A stretch of DNA of 64,000 bases from Fimbriimonadales bacterium (GTDB taxonomy: Bacteria > Armatimonadota > Fimbriimonadia > Fimbriimonadales > JABRVX01), in the NCBI GenBank assembly GCA_045862955.1, contig BTVI01000003.1, forward strand, positions 47,552 to 111,551. The letters are read 5' to 3'. Shown in pieces: positions 41,173 to 50,963 of the stretch (its first letter is position 1; every line of letters starts with the position of its first letter). The position numbers were made by a program, and so were the translations under genes. The notes under the pieces were generated by a model, which was given only the letters and a program-made list of their open reading frames with translations, did no database searches and had not been told where the DNA came from.

Positions 41173-43147
41173 GATTGGCCTATTGATTGCCGCTCTCTCC
41201 TTGAGCACTCCCTTCGACGATGCCGCCTCCCGAGCCCTCTCCTCGGCCGGGCTGACGACCGAGACGGCGCGCTTCGATCAGAACCTGTTGCGCTTCTTCG
41301 ATTTCGACGAGTTCGTTCTCGGCTCCTTCAGCGCGTATTGGGAAGCTCCGTGGCGGATCCCGACATTCGAGACCGGCATGACACAGCGTATCGTCGCAGC
41401 CATCGCGAAACCCTCCGAGCTCCTGATGCTTACCGGAGTGCAGATCGGCATCGGTACGCGACGGACGCTCCTCGGCAATCCCATCTCCTCCATGGAGCAG
41501 TCGGCCGAGCAGAGCCCCGACTTCGCCTCGGCGCTTGCGGCTCTCGATGCTTCTGCCGGAGGAGTCGGCAGTGTCGAAAAGTTCCGCGCGGGCGCCGAAG
41601 CGGTGCCGAAGGAGGTCGCGAAAGCAGTAAGCCTTTTGGCGAACGCTGCATCGGCTGTCGTGAGGGCGCGCGAGGTGACCTTCGATGAAGTCGGCGGTCC
41701 GGCAAAGGCTTGGGACACGCTCGCCCGAGGGGACGACGAGAGCTTCGCAGCTGTGGATCGCAGTCTCCGGTTGGCTCGTGCGGTAGACCTCCGCTACATG
41801 ACCTCGGCCGCAATCGACCTGACGATGGCTTGTGAGAAGGCGACCGAGTGGCTGCGTGCCGCTCCGAAAACGGACTTCCGGTACGAAGTGGAAACGGCTC
41901 TGGGTTGGGTCTGCCTCCGCGGTAACGGCTCGGATTCCTACGAGTCCCGCCCCTACTTCCTGATCATAGACCTTGCCGGTGACGACACCTACTTGGGTGG
42001 CGCTGCGACCACATCGAGCGCGAACAGCATTAGCCTCCTCTTCGACATCGAAGGCAACGACCAGTACGTGTCGGACCAGTCCTTGGCCGGCGCAACCGTA
42101 GCCGGATCTCCACTTCGAAACAAGGGGGGCCCGTTGCCGACCACCGGAGGCGCGCTCTGCGGCGTCTCCGTGTTGTTCGACCTCGCCGGAAGGGACCTAT
42201 ACCGCTCGGTCGCGATGGGGCAAGGCGCAGCGCACTACGGCGTCTCCGTTGTCTGGGACCGCGCAGGCAACGACACTTACGACGGCTACACCCGCTGCCA
42301 GGGCTTCGCAGAACACGGCATCGGCATCTTAGCCGACACCGCAGGCACCGACACCTACGCCTGCTTCAGCCAGGCTCAGGGATGCGGACTGACACGCGGA
42401 TTCGGCTTGCTCGCAGACGGGGCCGGTAACGACCGGTACGCAGCAAACGACACCCGGATCGACTTTCCCTCGCCTCAGACGAAGGAGCACAACGTCAGTA
42501 TGGCGCAGGGTTGCGGCTTCGGCAGGCGTGCCGACTACAGCGACGGGCACTCCCTCGGGGGCGGTTTTGGCGTGCTCTGCGACGTGAGCGGCGACGATCG
42601 GTACTCTTGCGGGGTGTTCGGCCAGGGAGTCGGATACTGGAAGGCGGTCGGGCTGCTTGCCGACCTGGCGGGTAGCGACGTGTACCAGGGCATCTGGTAC
42701 GTGCAGGGAGCGTGCGCTCACTTCGCCATCGGGATCCTGCACGATTACGAGGGTGAGGACCAATACGAGGCGACGATGAACATGGCGCAGGGCGCGGGTC
42801 ACGACTTCTCCATCGGCCTGCTGCTCGATGGGGCGGGGAACGACCGCTACCGGGCGCCGAACCTGTCGCTCGGCGGGGGAAACGCCAATGGCATCGGCAT
42901 CTTCGTGGATTTCGCCGGCGACGACGAGTATCGAAGCAGTGGCACCACCCTGGGCAAGGCGAATGCCTCCGCAGGCGGCGTGCGGGACATCGCCCTCTGC
43001 CTCGGAGTCTTCATGGACCTCGGCGGAAACGACACCTACCCGGACGGCAGTCCCTGGGCGAAGAACGGGGCCGAGGCCGTGAACTGGACGACACAACGGG
43101 CCAAGCCCTCGGAGTCGCAGGTCGGGGTGTTCGTGGACCGACAGTAG
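41171..43147 (+). CDS. Secreted protein with 12 D-x-x-G-x-D-x-Y repeats
   Basis: Signal peptide after a GGAGG RBS; repeats such as IDLAGDDTY, WDRAGNDTY and LDGAGNDRY, interspersed with QG-x-G. Confidence 0.8.
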   Translation: MIGLLIAALSLSTPFDDAASRALSSAGLTTETARFDQNLLRFFDFDEFVLGSFSAYWEAPWRIPTFETGMTQRIVAAIAKPSELLMLTGVQIGIGTRRTLLGNPISSMEQSAEQSPDFASALAALDASAGGVGSVEKFRAGAEAVPKEVAKAVSLLANAASAVVRAREVTFDEVGGPAKAWDTLARGDDESFAAVDRSLRLARAVDLRYMTSAAIDLTMACEKATEWLRAAPKTDFRYEVETALGWVCLRGNGSDSYESRPYFLIIDLAGDDTYLGGAATTSSANSISLLFDIEGNDQYVSDQSLAGATVAGSPLRNKGGPLPTTGGALCGVSVLFDLAGRDLYRSVAMGQGAAHYGVSVVWDRAGNDTYDGYTRCQGFAEHGIGILADTAGTDTYACFSQAQGCGLTRGFGLLADGAGNDRYAANDTRIDFPSPQTKEHNVSMAQGCGFGRRADYSDGHSLGGGFGVLCDVSGDDRYSCGVFGQGVGYWKAVGLLADLAGSDVYQGIWYVQGACAHFAIGILHDYEGEDQYEATMNMAQGAGHDFSIGLLLDGAGNDRYRAPNLSLGGGNANGIGIFVDFAGDDEYRSSGTTLGKANASAGGVRDIALCLGVFMDLGGNDTYPDGSPWAKNGAEAVNWTTQRAKPSESQVGVFVDRQ

Positions 43148-43592
43148 CTAGGCTTGCGTGCTTTCGGCTCCCGGGTGCCGGCATTTCGGGCTCGATCGCA
43201 CGACGGGTGGCGGATGGCATTTAGCTTGCCGAAGATTCTGATGGAGAGCTAGCCGGCGAATGTGGGAGCCCTGCGCTCATGCCGACACTTCCAGACTTGA
43301 CCGACGGTCAATCCAAGCGCGAAAGGCCAGCCGGGGGAGGCCTTTCGCGCTCTCTATTCTGCCCCCCGTCGTGCACAGACCGGAGACATAGGGCTACTAC
43401 AGGTGTTCCGGAGGCATTCGAGCCCGTCTGCGCTCTCTGCGGCACTTGGCGTGCTCTGCGTGAGAACCGACCCCAGGGCCTTGCTCTCGAAGCGGCCGAG
43501 AACCGCCACTGCACGGCTCAGGTGGTCGCCAAAAGCTCGCAAAGGGATCTGCCAGGATCGCAGGCGCCATCGCCGCAGTCGCCGCCGGTGCA

Positions 43593-45284
43593 TCACACCC
43601 GACGAGACGCCACCCACGCCTCCACGCGCTTGCGCAGGACCGACAAAGGCATCGGGCCCGCCAACAATAGCACCTCGTGGAACTCCTTCAGATCGAACCG
43701 TTCACCGAGTGCATCGGTAGCGTTTCGGCGGAGCTTCTGAATCTCGATCTCGCCGATCTTGTACGCCACGGCCTGTCCTGGCCAAGCGATGTAACGGTCT
43801 ATCTCGTTCACCACGTCCAGCTCGGTCTTGGGTGAGTTCTCTAGGAAATAGTCGATCGCCTGTTGCCGCGTCCACCGCTTCCAATGAATGCCGGGGTCCA
43901 CCACCAGCCGAATCGCGCGCCATATCTCATAGGTCAGGCGTCCGAACTCCGCATAGGGATTGTCGTACAGCCCCAACTCATGGCCCAGCGACTCCGCGTA
44001 TAGCGCCCAACCTTCGATGTATGCCGTCCAGTGCCCGTGGCGCCGAAAATCGGGAAGGTCCTTCAACTCCATCGCCAGTGCGATCTGGAAGTGGTGCCCA
44101 GGAACCGCTTCGTGCATGGACAGCGCCGGAATCTCGTGCGTGGGTCGCGACTCGGGCTGGTACAGGTTCACGCGATAGGAACCGGCACGCGACCCGTCGT
44201 CAGCGGGCGGCTGGTAGTACGCTGCCGTGGTGTCGGGCGCGACCGCCTCGGGGATGGGATCCACGCCGTACGGCATGCGCGGAATGGTTCGAAATACCTT
44301 CACCAACAGCGGGTCGATCCGCTTTGCGAAAGCGCGGTACGCGGTGAGAAGGTCCTCGGCTGTCTCGTGAAAGAAACGCGGATCGGTCCGAAGGAACTCG
44401 AAGAACTCCTTCATGCTGCCCGTGAAGCCCGACTCTTGCTTCACCTTCTCCATCTCTGCCCGAATGCGCGCGACCTCTTGCAGGCCCGTCTCGAACACCT
44501 CGTCGGGTGTCATGTCCGTCGTGGTGTACTTGCGAACGAAGTGGCGATAGATCTCCTCGCCGCCGGGCATCTGCCATGCCCCGGCCTGCTCGTAGCAGCC
44601 CGGCAGGTACTCCTCGTTCACGAAGGCAAGCAGCTTGCGATAGGACGGAACCACACACCCCACGATCGCGTTGCGTGCTGCCTGCCGGAGCCTGCCGGAT
44701 TCTGCGTCGGAGAGCCCGGGCATGGCGACGAAGGGGCGGTAGAAGCGGCTCTGCTCGGCGTCGTCTACGATCTGGCTCTCGACTTGCCTCGGCACGCGCT
44801 GCATCACCACGCGTGAGTGCTTGATGCCGCACCGCAACCCCTCGCGCAACAAGGAGATGGTCTGGTCCATGAGCGTAGGCAGCGCCTCCAGCCGCGCGAT
44901 CCAGTCGTCGTAGTCTTTGGCGCAACCGAAAGAAAGCTGCTCGGAAAAGTTGTCTAGCGTTTGGATTCCCCCGCGTGCGTCCAGCGCGATGTAGCGCCAG
45001 TTCGTGGAGTACTCGTCCGCCGCGGTCTTCTGCTCATCCTGGAACAGGTCATAGTTCAGCTGGTCCTCAGGGGAGAGTGCGGAGCGGTCAATCGCCTCGA
45101 GCCTTGCAAGGTTCTCCAGCGTGTGCTCGTGCCGAGCCTTGAAGCCTTCCTCGCTATGGTCGGTCCAGCGATCGTTGTAGCGCTTGTCACCTAGGTACGA
45201 GGCCCACTCGGGGTGGGCGCGCATGCGGTGCTCCCAGTCCTCGCGAAACAGCTCGTGCAGTGCGCGTGTGGCATCGTTGCTCAT
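43593..45284 (-). CDS. DUF885-family putative metallopeptidase
   Basis: HEAVPGHHFQ, EGWALYAE, RAIRLVVDPGIH, EIDRYIAWPGQAVAYKIG. Confidence 0.9.
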   Translation of the reverse strand: MSNDATRALHELFREDWEHRMRAHPEWASYLGDKRYNDRWTDHSEEGFKARHEHTLENLARLEAIDRSALSPEDQLNYDLFQDEQKTAADEYSTNWRYIALDARGGIQTLDNFSEQLSFGCAKDYDDWIARLEALPTLMDQTISLLREGLRCGIKHSRVVMQRVPRQVESQIVDDAEQSRFYRPFVAMPGLSDAESGRLRQAARNAIVGCVVPSYRKLLAFVNEEYLPGCYEQAGAWQMPGGEEIYRHFVRKYTTTDMTPDEVFETGLQEVARIRAEMEKVKQESGFTGSMKEFFEFLRTDPRFFHETAEDLLTAYRAFAKRIDPLLVKVFRTIPRMPYGVDPIPEAVAPDTTAAYYQPPADDGSRAGSYRVNLYQPESRPTHEIPALSMHEAVPGHHFQIALAMELKDLPDFRRHGHWTAYIEGWALYAESLGHELGLYDNPYAEFGRLTYEIWRAIRLVVDPGIHWKRWTRQQAIDYFLENSPKTELDVVNEIDRYIAWPGQAVAYKIGEIEIQKLRRNATDALGERFDLKEFHEVLLLAGPMPLSVLRKRVEAWVASRRV

Positions 45285-45402
45285 GCTCGGCCCTCCTGGT
45301 CTAGGGCCGGAGTGTACCCAGGCCCGGGAGAGCCGTCGGAAGGAGGCTGAGCGTGCTGAAGCGAAGGGAGGACCCAGACATCGAGCCAACGGAGTTGCCC
45401 CT

Positions 45403-46506
45403 ATGATCGGTCACACCACCCTGTCGAACCTCGCTACCCTTCGGAAGTACACCTCGCGCCGAGCATCCAGCTACGACGTGGAGGGCAAGAACGCCGACGC
45501 CTGGCGCCTGAAGCCCGGCGAGTGCCGCGAGATCATGGTCACCGACAAGCCAGGTTGCATCAAGCACATCTGGTCCACCCTCGGACCCGAGGGACCGGAG
45601 TATGCCTACCCGCGCAAGATCGTGATCCGCATGTACTGGGACGGCGAGCAGACACCCAGCGTCGAAGCACCTATCGGCGACTTCTTCGGCATGGGGCATG
45701 GGATGTTGAAGGACTTCGTCAGCGCGCCACTGCAGATGGGTCCTTCCGGAGGACGGGGAATGAACTGCTGGTTCCCCATGCCGTTCAACTCTGCTCGCAT
45801 CACCGTAACCAACGAGTGCTCGGTGGACCTCCACCTGTTCTTCTATATAGACTACGAGGAGTACGACGCACCGCACGGACCCGAGATCGCGCGCTTCCAC
45901 GTACAGTGGCGAAGGGAGAACCCGACCCAAGGTTGGCTGACCACCCGGCTAGGCCCCGGACGCATGGAGCCTTGGCAAACCCCGAACCTGAGCGACAAAG
46001 ACAACTATCTGATTCTGGAGGCGACCGGCGAGGGCCATTACGTGGGATGTCACCTAGACATAGATTGCTTCCAACGACAGGGCAACGACTGGTACGGTGA
46101 GGGCGACGACATGATCGTGATAGATGGCGAGCCGTGGCCGCCGCGCATGCATGGCACCGGCACCGAAGACTACTTCTGCATGGCCTACTGCCCGCAGACG
46201 GAGTACTGCGCACCCTACCACGGCCTAATCCTATACTCCGGGAACAAAGACTGGCCCTTCAAGGGCAAGAACTCGATGTATCGCTACCACATCGAAGACC
46301 CGGTGCGTTTCACCAAATCCATCCGTGTTAGTATCGAGCACGGGCACGCGAACAAGCTGTCCTACGACTACTCGAGTACGGCGTATTGGTATCAGGTGGA
46401 GCCGCACGGTCCGTTCCCGGTGCTCCTGCCTGTCGAGGAGCGACTTCCCCGACCCAACGAGCCGGGTTTCCCCGATAACTCCGTTCCCATACCGCCCTCG
46501 ATTTAG
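45403..46506 (+). CDS. DUF2961 / GH172-family glycoside hydrolase
   Basis: RMYWDGEQTPSVEAPIGDFFG, WYGEGDDM, GTGTEDYF, YRYHIEDPVRF. Confidence 0.9.
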   Translation: MIGHTTLSNLATLRKYTSRRASSYDVEGKNADAWRLKPGECREIMVTDKPGCIKHIWSTLGPEGPEYAYPRKIVIRMYWDGEQTPSVEAPIGDFFGMGHGMLKDFVSAPLQMGPSGGRGMNCWFPMPFNSARITVTNECSVDLHLFFYIDYEEYDAPHGPEIARFHVQWRRENPTQGWLTTRLGPGRMEPWQTPNLSDKDNYLILEATGEGHYVGCHLDIDCFQRQGNDWYGEGDDMIVIDGEPWPPRMHGTGTEDYFCMAYCPQTEYCAPYHGLILYSGNKDWPFKGKNSMYRYHIEDPVRFTKSIRVSIEHGHANKLSYDYSSTAYWYQVEPHGPFPVLLPVEERLPRPNEPGFPDNSVPIPPSI

Positions 46507-46565
46507 GCGAAGTGTCCGCAGGAAGAGCCAGCGCACACGCGAACGTGCGAAGAGGGGAGGATGCC

Positions 46566-47486
46566 ATGGACAAGCCCATTCACGACTTCTGCAGGCTCGG
46601 TATCGTGCACTTCATGGCCTTTCCGCAGTGCATGAAGGGGGAGGGGCCGATCTTGGAGACCGTGACGCGGATCGCCGAGGACCCCTTCTTCACTGCCGTC
46701 GAGATCACGTGGATTAGAGACGACACGGTGCGGGATCAGGTCCGGCGCGTGCTTCGAGACGCCGGTTGTGCTTACACCTACGGCGCGCAGCCCCCGCTGC
46801 TCAGCCAAAAGCTGGACCTGAACCATCCCGAGCCTGCAGAGCGCAACCGCGCGATTGCCCAAGTGCTAGAGTGTGCGGGCGAGGCCGCCGATGTAGGCGC
46901 ATCAGCGGTCGCCGTCCTTAGCGGCAAGGTGCCGGAGGACGGAGACGTCCCAGCGGCCGAGCAGCGTCTCGCCGACTCGTTAATCCAGATAGGCGAACGA
47001 ACCGAGCGCCTCGGCATCGGCCTCACACTCGAGACCTTCGATTGCCAGCCATTCGGCAAGAACTGTCTTATCGGCCCGACGCACAACGCAGTCCGGCTCG
47101 CGGAGACAGTGAAGAAGCAGGTGCCTCGCTTCGGGTTGATGCTGGACCTCTCACACCTCCCGCTGCTCGACGAGACGCCACGCCAAGCTCTGGGTGCAGC
47201 CAAGGAGCACCTCGTTCACGCGCACATGGGCAACTGCCTCTTCAGCGACCCGAACCATCCCGCATACGGCGACGAGCACCCGTTCTTCGGCGCTGAGGGC
47301 TCGTGTAACGGAGCCGCCGAACTGGCCGAGTATCTGCGCGCGCTGATGGAAGTCGGGTACCTTGCGCCGGGCGGCCAACGGATCCTCAGCTTCGAGGTTA
47401 AGCCTATCGTGACTTGGGGGCAGACGTCCGAAGACGCCATTCAGAACTGCAAGGACACCCTCGCCGCGGCATGGGTGATGGTATAG
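46566..47486 (+). CDS. Sugar-phosphate isomerase/epimerase (xylose-isomerase-like TIM barrel)
   Basis: LETFD, LDLSHLPL, HAHMGN and SFEVKP metal-binding pattern. Confidence 0.82.
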   Translation: MDKPIHDFCRLGIVHFMAFPQCMKGEGPILETVTRIAEDPFFTAVEITWIRDDTVRDQVRRVLRDAGCAYTYGAQPPLLSQKLDLNHPEPAERNRAIAQVLECAGEAADVGASAVAVLSGKVPEDGDVPAAEQRLADSLIQIGERTERLGIGLTLETFDCQPFGKNCLIGPTHNAVRLAETVKKQVPRFGLMLDLSHLPLLDETPRQALGAAKEHLVHAHMGNCLFSDPNHPAYGDEHPFFGAEGSCNGAAELAEYLRALMEVGYLAPGGQRILSFEVKPIVTWGQTSEDAIQNCKDTLAAAWVMV

Positions 47487-47499
47487 GAGGAACCGTATC

Positions 47500-48081
47500 A
47501 TGATGCTCGTCGTTTCGCTCGATGACTTCCTCGAGGCGATCAAGCGCCACGATCCGACTGGACAGCGCACCGTGTACCGGCACGTGACCAATATCCCCTC
47601 CGCTGCGGGCTCCAGCTCGTTGTTCGGCGGCGGTCCGTCCAACCAGGGCCATATACTCCACGTGACTTACGGGGTGCCGCGGGAGGGGTTCGTCATCGCC
47701 GCAGAGGGCCTCGTCGGTTCCATGCAGGAGGTATCCGACTTCGAGTACACCCTGAAACAGCACGGCATCACGGTGGTAGAGGGGGTTTGGATGGACCAGC
47801 CACCGCAAGGTGCCCGCCAGCCTGCCGCCGAGCGAGTGGCCCCCACAGGCCAATATTGGGTCGCTGCCGTCGCCTATCAGAGTGCCGAGGACGAGCCCGG
47901 CCTGTGGATGGACGCGTTCGACCGCGAACCCAACGAGGAAGAGGTGCTGCGGGCTATGTATGACGAGTTCGTGCGCTCGGGCGACCTGGTGGATGCCAGT
48001 TACGAGGACTTCGTGACAGAAGCCACCCCCACCGTGCAGATTGCAAGCGCCCGCGACATCCAGGAGTGGATGAGGCAGTAG
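47500..48081 (+). CDS. Hypothetical acidic protein
   Basis: AGGAGG RBS, operon-like spacing; no motif recognised. Confidence 0.75.
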   Translation: MMLVVSLDDFLEAIKRHDPTGQRTVYRHVTNIPSAAGSSSLFGGGPSNQGHILHVTYGVPREGFVIAAEGLVGSMQEVSDFEYTLKQHGITVVEGVWMDQPPQGARQPAAERVAPTGQYWVAAVAYQSAEDEPGLWMDAFDREPNEEEVLRAMYDEFVRSGDLVDASYEDFVTEATPTVQIASARDIQEWMRQ

Positions 48082-48096
48082 CCCTTAGCTCTGAGC

Positions 48097-48825
48097 CTAC
48101 AGCACGTGATCGCTGCCGATGTCGGTGAGCGTCCGGAACTTCGCGCCCTTCGCTCTCAGCGCGGCGATGGCATCGCGTAGAACATGCACCTGGTTCACGT
48201 AATCGTGCGCACCGAGCACGATCACCTTGCCCGGCTGCGCCTGATTCTCGATGACGTCGGCAATCGAGTCCGGCTTGTCTATGAACGCGGGCTGGTTCTT
48301 CCCGATGCTGACCGGAATGCACAGCAGCTTGGACGGTCCAGGCTTCTTCACGTCGTCGGGATCGGGGTGGTATGGCTGATGCGGCGCCCCGGTCCAGTCC
48401 ACGAAGAGTTTGTAGTCGCTGTCGGGCACCGGGCTCGAGTCCACCAGCACCCCGACATCCTCCAAGTACTTGATGTCCGAGGCCTGCAAGGCGAAGCACC
48501 CGGCTCGGAACGAGGTGGGCTTGATCAGGTGAGATTTCAGCACGTCCTTGGCCATGCGGATGATCGCGCCACGCTCGCGCTCATCCTCTACATAGCCGTT
48601 TTGATTCTCGAAGTGCACGTGCATACCAATCTCGTGCCACGAGGGGATTCGGTGTAGGTACTCCCTGTAGTAGAGGTCTGCGTTTGCAGTCGGGACCTTC
48701 TCGGAAACGTAGATGAGCCACGTGATGGGAACCATGAACTCCTCGGCGATCTTCACGATCTCCGGTGTGAAGCAGCGGTTCTCGTTGGCTGCTTCACAGT
48801 CCACGGTTATTGCAACCGTCGGCAT
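48097..48825 (-). CDS. Polysaccharide-deacetylase-like protein
   Basis: ITVDCE, HEIGMHVH, SFRAG, DSS, GAHD. Confidence 0.78.
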   Translation of the reverse strand: MPTVAITVDCEAANENRCFTPEIVKIAEEFMVPITWLIYVSEKVPTANADLYYREYLHRIPSWHEIGMHVHFENQNGYVEDERERGAIIRMAKDVLKSHLIKPTSFRAGCFALQASDIKYLEDVGVLVDSSPVPDSDYKLFVDWTGAPHQPYHPDPDDVKKPGPSKLLCIPVSIGKNQPAFIDKPDSIADVIENQAQPGKVIVLGAHDYVNQVHVLRDAIAALRAKGAKFRTLTDIGSDHVL

Positions 48826-48831
48826 CGCGGG

Positions 48832-50835
48832 TTAACCTCCTTCATCTATCCGCACCTCGTTGGGAGTGAGGCGGATTTCATAAGTCTTTCCTCTCAATCG
48901 GACCCCTTTGAGGGTCAGGCTGCGCCAGCCGGTCGGGAGTAAGGAGCCTGCTCGCAGCGTGTAACCCCCATTCAGAGACTTCTCCGCGCTGGGCCGGCTT
49001 CCTCTCCGCCGGGGTGCCTCACCCGGGGGCAGAACCTCCAGCCCGGCGAAGCCATACAATACCGCCTGGAGGCACCCGCCTGCACCCGTTAGGAAGTATG
49101 TCCGCGGAGTTCCTTTGCGTTTCTCCGAGAACTGCAACCCCGGATTGCGCAGGAAGCGTTCGTAGCTCTTGCGAAAGTACCGCTCGGCCTCCTCGCGACG
49201 GCCCAGCCGTGCCGCGATGATGGAGTGGATGGCGTCCGCCATGGCCGGCCCGGTCTCGATCACCTTGTCTTTGTAGCGATCGAACATTCGCGCTTGAATG
49301 GCTGTGGGCATCGGCAGTCCGAGCGGGAAGAGGGCAAGCAGCGCCGCGGCCTGTTTGTACGAGATGAGCTTATCGCCTTCGTAGGTCAGGAACGACTTGT
49401 CTGCGTCTCGCGCAAAATAGAGGCCGTCCGCGAGCGCGCGCCACGCGTTGGCTTTCTGCGGCTGGTGGCGCGCCCCCTCCCGCAGGCACCACGCTGCCAG
49501 GGCATTGGTATACAGGTCATCGTCCACTAGTTCGCCCTCGTCCGGGCTGATCACGCGTCGGATGTGCCCATCCTCGATCCTCGACTCCCAGAACTCGGCG
49601 ACCCGCCGCGCGAGCTCGGGATACCCTTGTAAGCCGATGCCCCAATCCATAGCCTGCCGTGCCGCGAACAGTACGTCTCCCGTGATGTGGATCTCCTGCT
49701 GAAACTCGGGCGGCGCGCCCTCTTCGCCCTGCGGAGTGGATTCCCAAGGGTAGAGTGCGCCCTGGAACCCCTTCACCCGCGCGTTCGCTATGGCCTTCGG
49801 TAGGAGTTCGATCCGCTTGGCAAGTGCCTGCTGCACCGCTTCGGGGCGGAAAGGGAGCAGCGCCGGCAGCATCCAGATCTCTTGGTCCCAAAAAATGCGC
49901 CCGCCGTACCAATCCGACGAGAAGCCCATGGGCGGAAAGAACCCCGCCCCCGAGGACTGATACAGATTGAACAGCCAGCTCCGCACGAGCTGCTGGTCCT
50001 CTACGCTGCCATCGATCTGGATGTCGCCGCGCCACAGTTCGCTCCAGGCGGCCTTCGAGTCCGCGAGTGCCTCTTCGAACCCGGGCGGCTCGGCGGGGTC
50101 CTCGGGTTCCGTCAGGCGGACCGAGTGTTCCAACACCAGACGGTCACCGGGGCGCAGGTTTCCGTTCCAGGCCCAGTGCTCACCGTCGAATATGATCCTT
50201 CCCGAGCCGCCCCGAGATGCCGCGGCCGACGACCAGTAGGAAGGCTCGGCTCCTGCCGCTTCGTACCGGCACAACACGATCTGCCGCGTGCGCTCTAGCA
50301 CCAAGGCAACGGCCGCCTTTCCGCCGGTGGGGGAGAGAACCGCCTTCAGCATGCACTCGCGCTCCACGCCGACTTCGTATCGCACGGAGGCGACCTCGGG
50401 TACGGCTCGGCTGAGGAAGAGGCTGACGGACACCGATCCCTCCACGCGACCCGAACGCCAGCGATAGCGCGTCTGCAGCAGGCCGTCCTTCATCTCCAGC
50501 TTCTGCCGATACCCCGTTCCCGTGTCGGGCTCGATGGGGTTGCGGTTGACGACGAAACGCGCCGTCATCGGGTTGGGCTGCGGGGCGATGCCGAGGCCGG
50601 CGTATCGATCGGCACGGTACAGCGGCAGGTTCTCTCCGCCCGGCCCAGTGCCATCGCCCAGCGCCCCCGCTTTCATCCCCATCAGCCCGTTCGAGAGGTA
50701 GATGCCCTCGGGCGGTGGGGAGTTGCACACGATGGACCACGGCTCGGGTGGAGCGGGTGGCACGGGCGCTGGAGGCGACGGCCGATGGCACCCGGCAGCG
50801 ACTGCGAGCAGCAGCACCAGACCGATGAGGCGCAT
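48832..50835 (-). CDS. GH65-family glycoside hydrolase lipoprotein
   Basis: Lipobox AAGC, YGGRIFWDQEIWM, YPWES, EIHITGD, SPDE, KQA, FLTGAGGCLQAVLYGFAG. Confidence 0.85.
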   Translation of the reverse strand: MRLIGLVLLLAVAAGCHRPSPPAPVPPAPPEPWSIVCNSPPPEGIYLSNGLMGMKAGALGDGTGPGGENLPLYRADRYAGLGIAPQPNPMTARFVVNRNPIEPDTGTGYRQKLEMKDGLLQTRYRWRSGRVEGSVSVSLFLSRAVPEVASVRYEVGVERECMLKAVLSPTGGKAAVALVLERTRQIVLCRYEAAGAEPSYWSSAAASRGGSGRIIFDGEHWAWNGNLRPGDRLVLEHSVRLTEPEDPAEPPGFEEALADSKAAWSELWRGDIQIDGSVEDQQLVRSWLFNLYQSSGAGFFPPMGFSSDWYGGRIFWDQEIWMLPALLPFRPEAVQQALAKRIELLPKAIANARVKGFQGALYPWESTPQGEEGAPPEFQQEIHITGDVLFAARQAMDWGIGLQGYPELARRVAEFWESRIEDGHIRRVISPDEGELVDDDLYTNALAAWCLREGARHQPQKANAWRALADGLYFARDADKSFLTYEGDKLISYKQAAALLALFPLGLPMPTAIQARMFDRYKDKVIETGPAMADAIHSIIAARLGRREEAERYFRKSYERFLRNPGLQFSEKRKGTPRTYFLTGAGGCLQAVLYGFAGLEVLPPGEAPRRRGSRPSAEKSLNGGYTLRAGSLLPTGWRSLTLKGVRLRGKTYEIRLTPNEVRIDEGG

Positions 50836-50963
50836 GAGGCCATTTTGGCAGACCGGCTGAGCCACAGGGCGCGGACGGCGCGGATACCACGAGCGGTCAT
50901 AATAGCCGCGAAGCCGATGGCTCGCCGACACGTCGGACTCTAGACACCTCGGCCACTGGGAGA

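Noticed and set aside
43148..43592. ORFs in the gap before the DUF885 gene end
   Set aside because: No RBS or motif support; appear to be GC-rich shadow ORFs.
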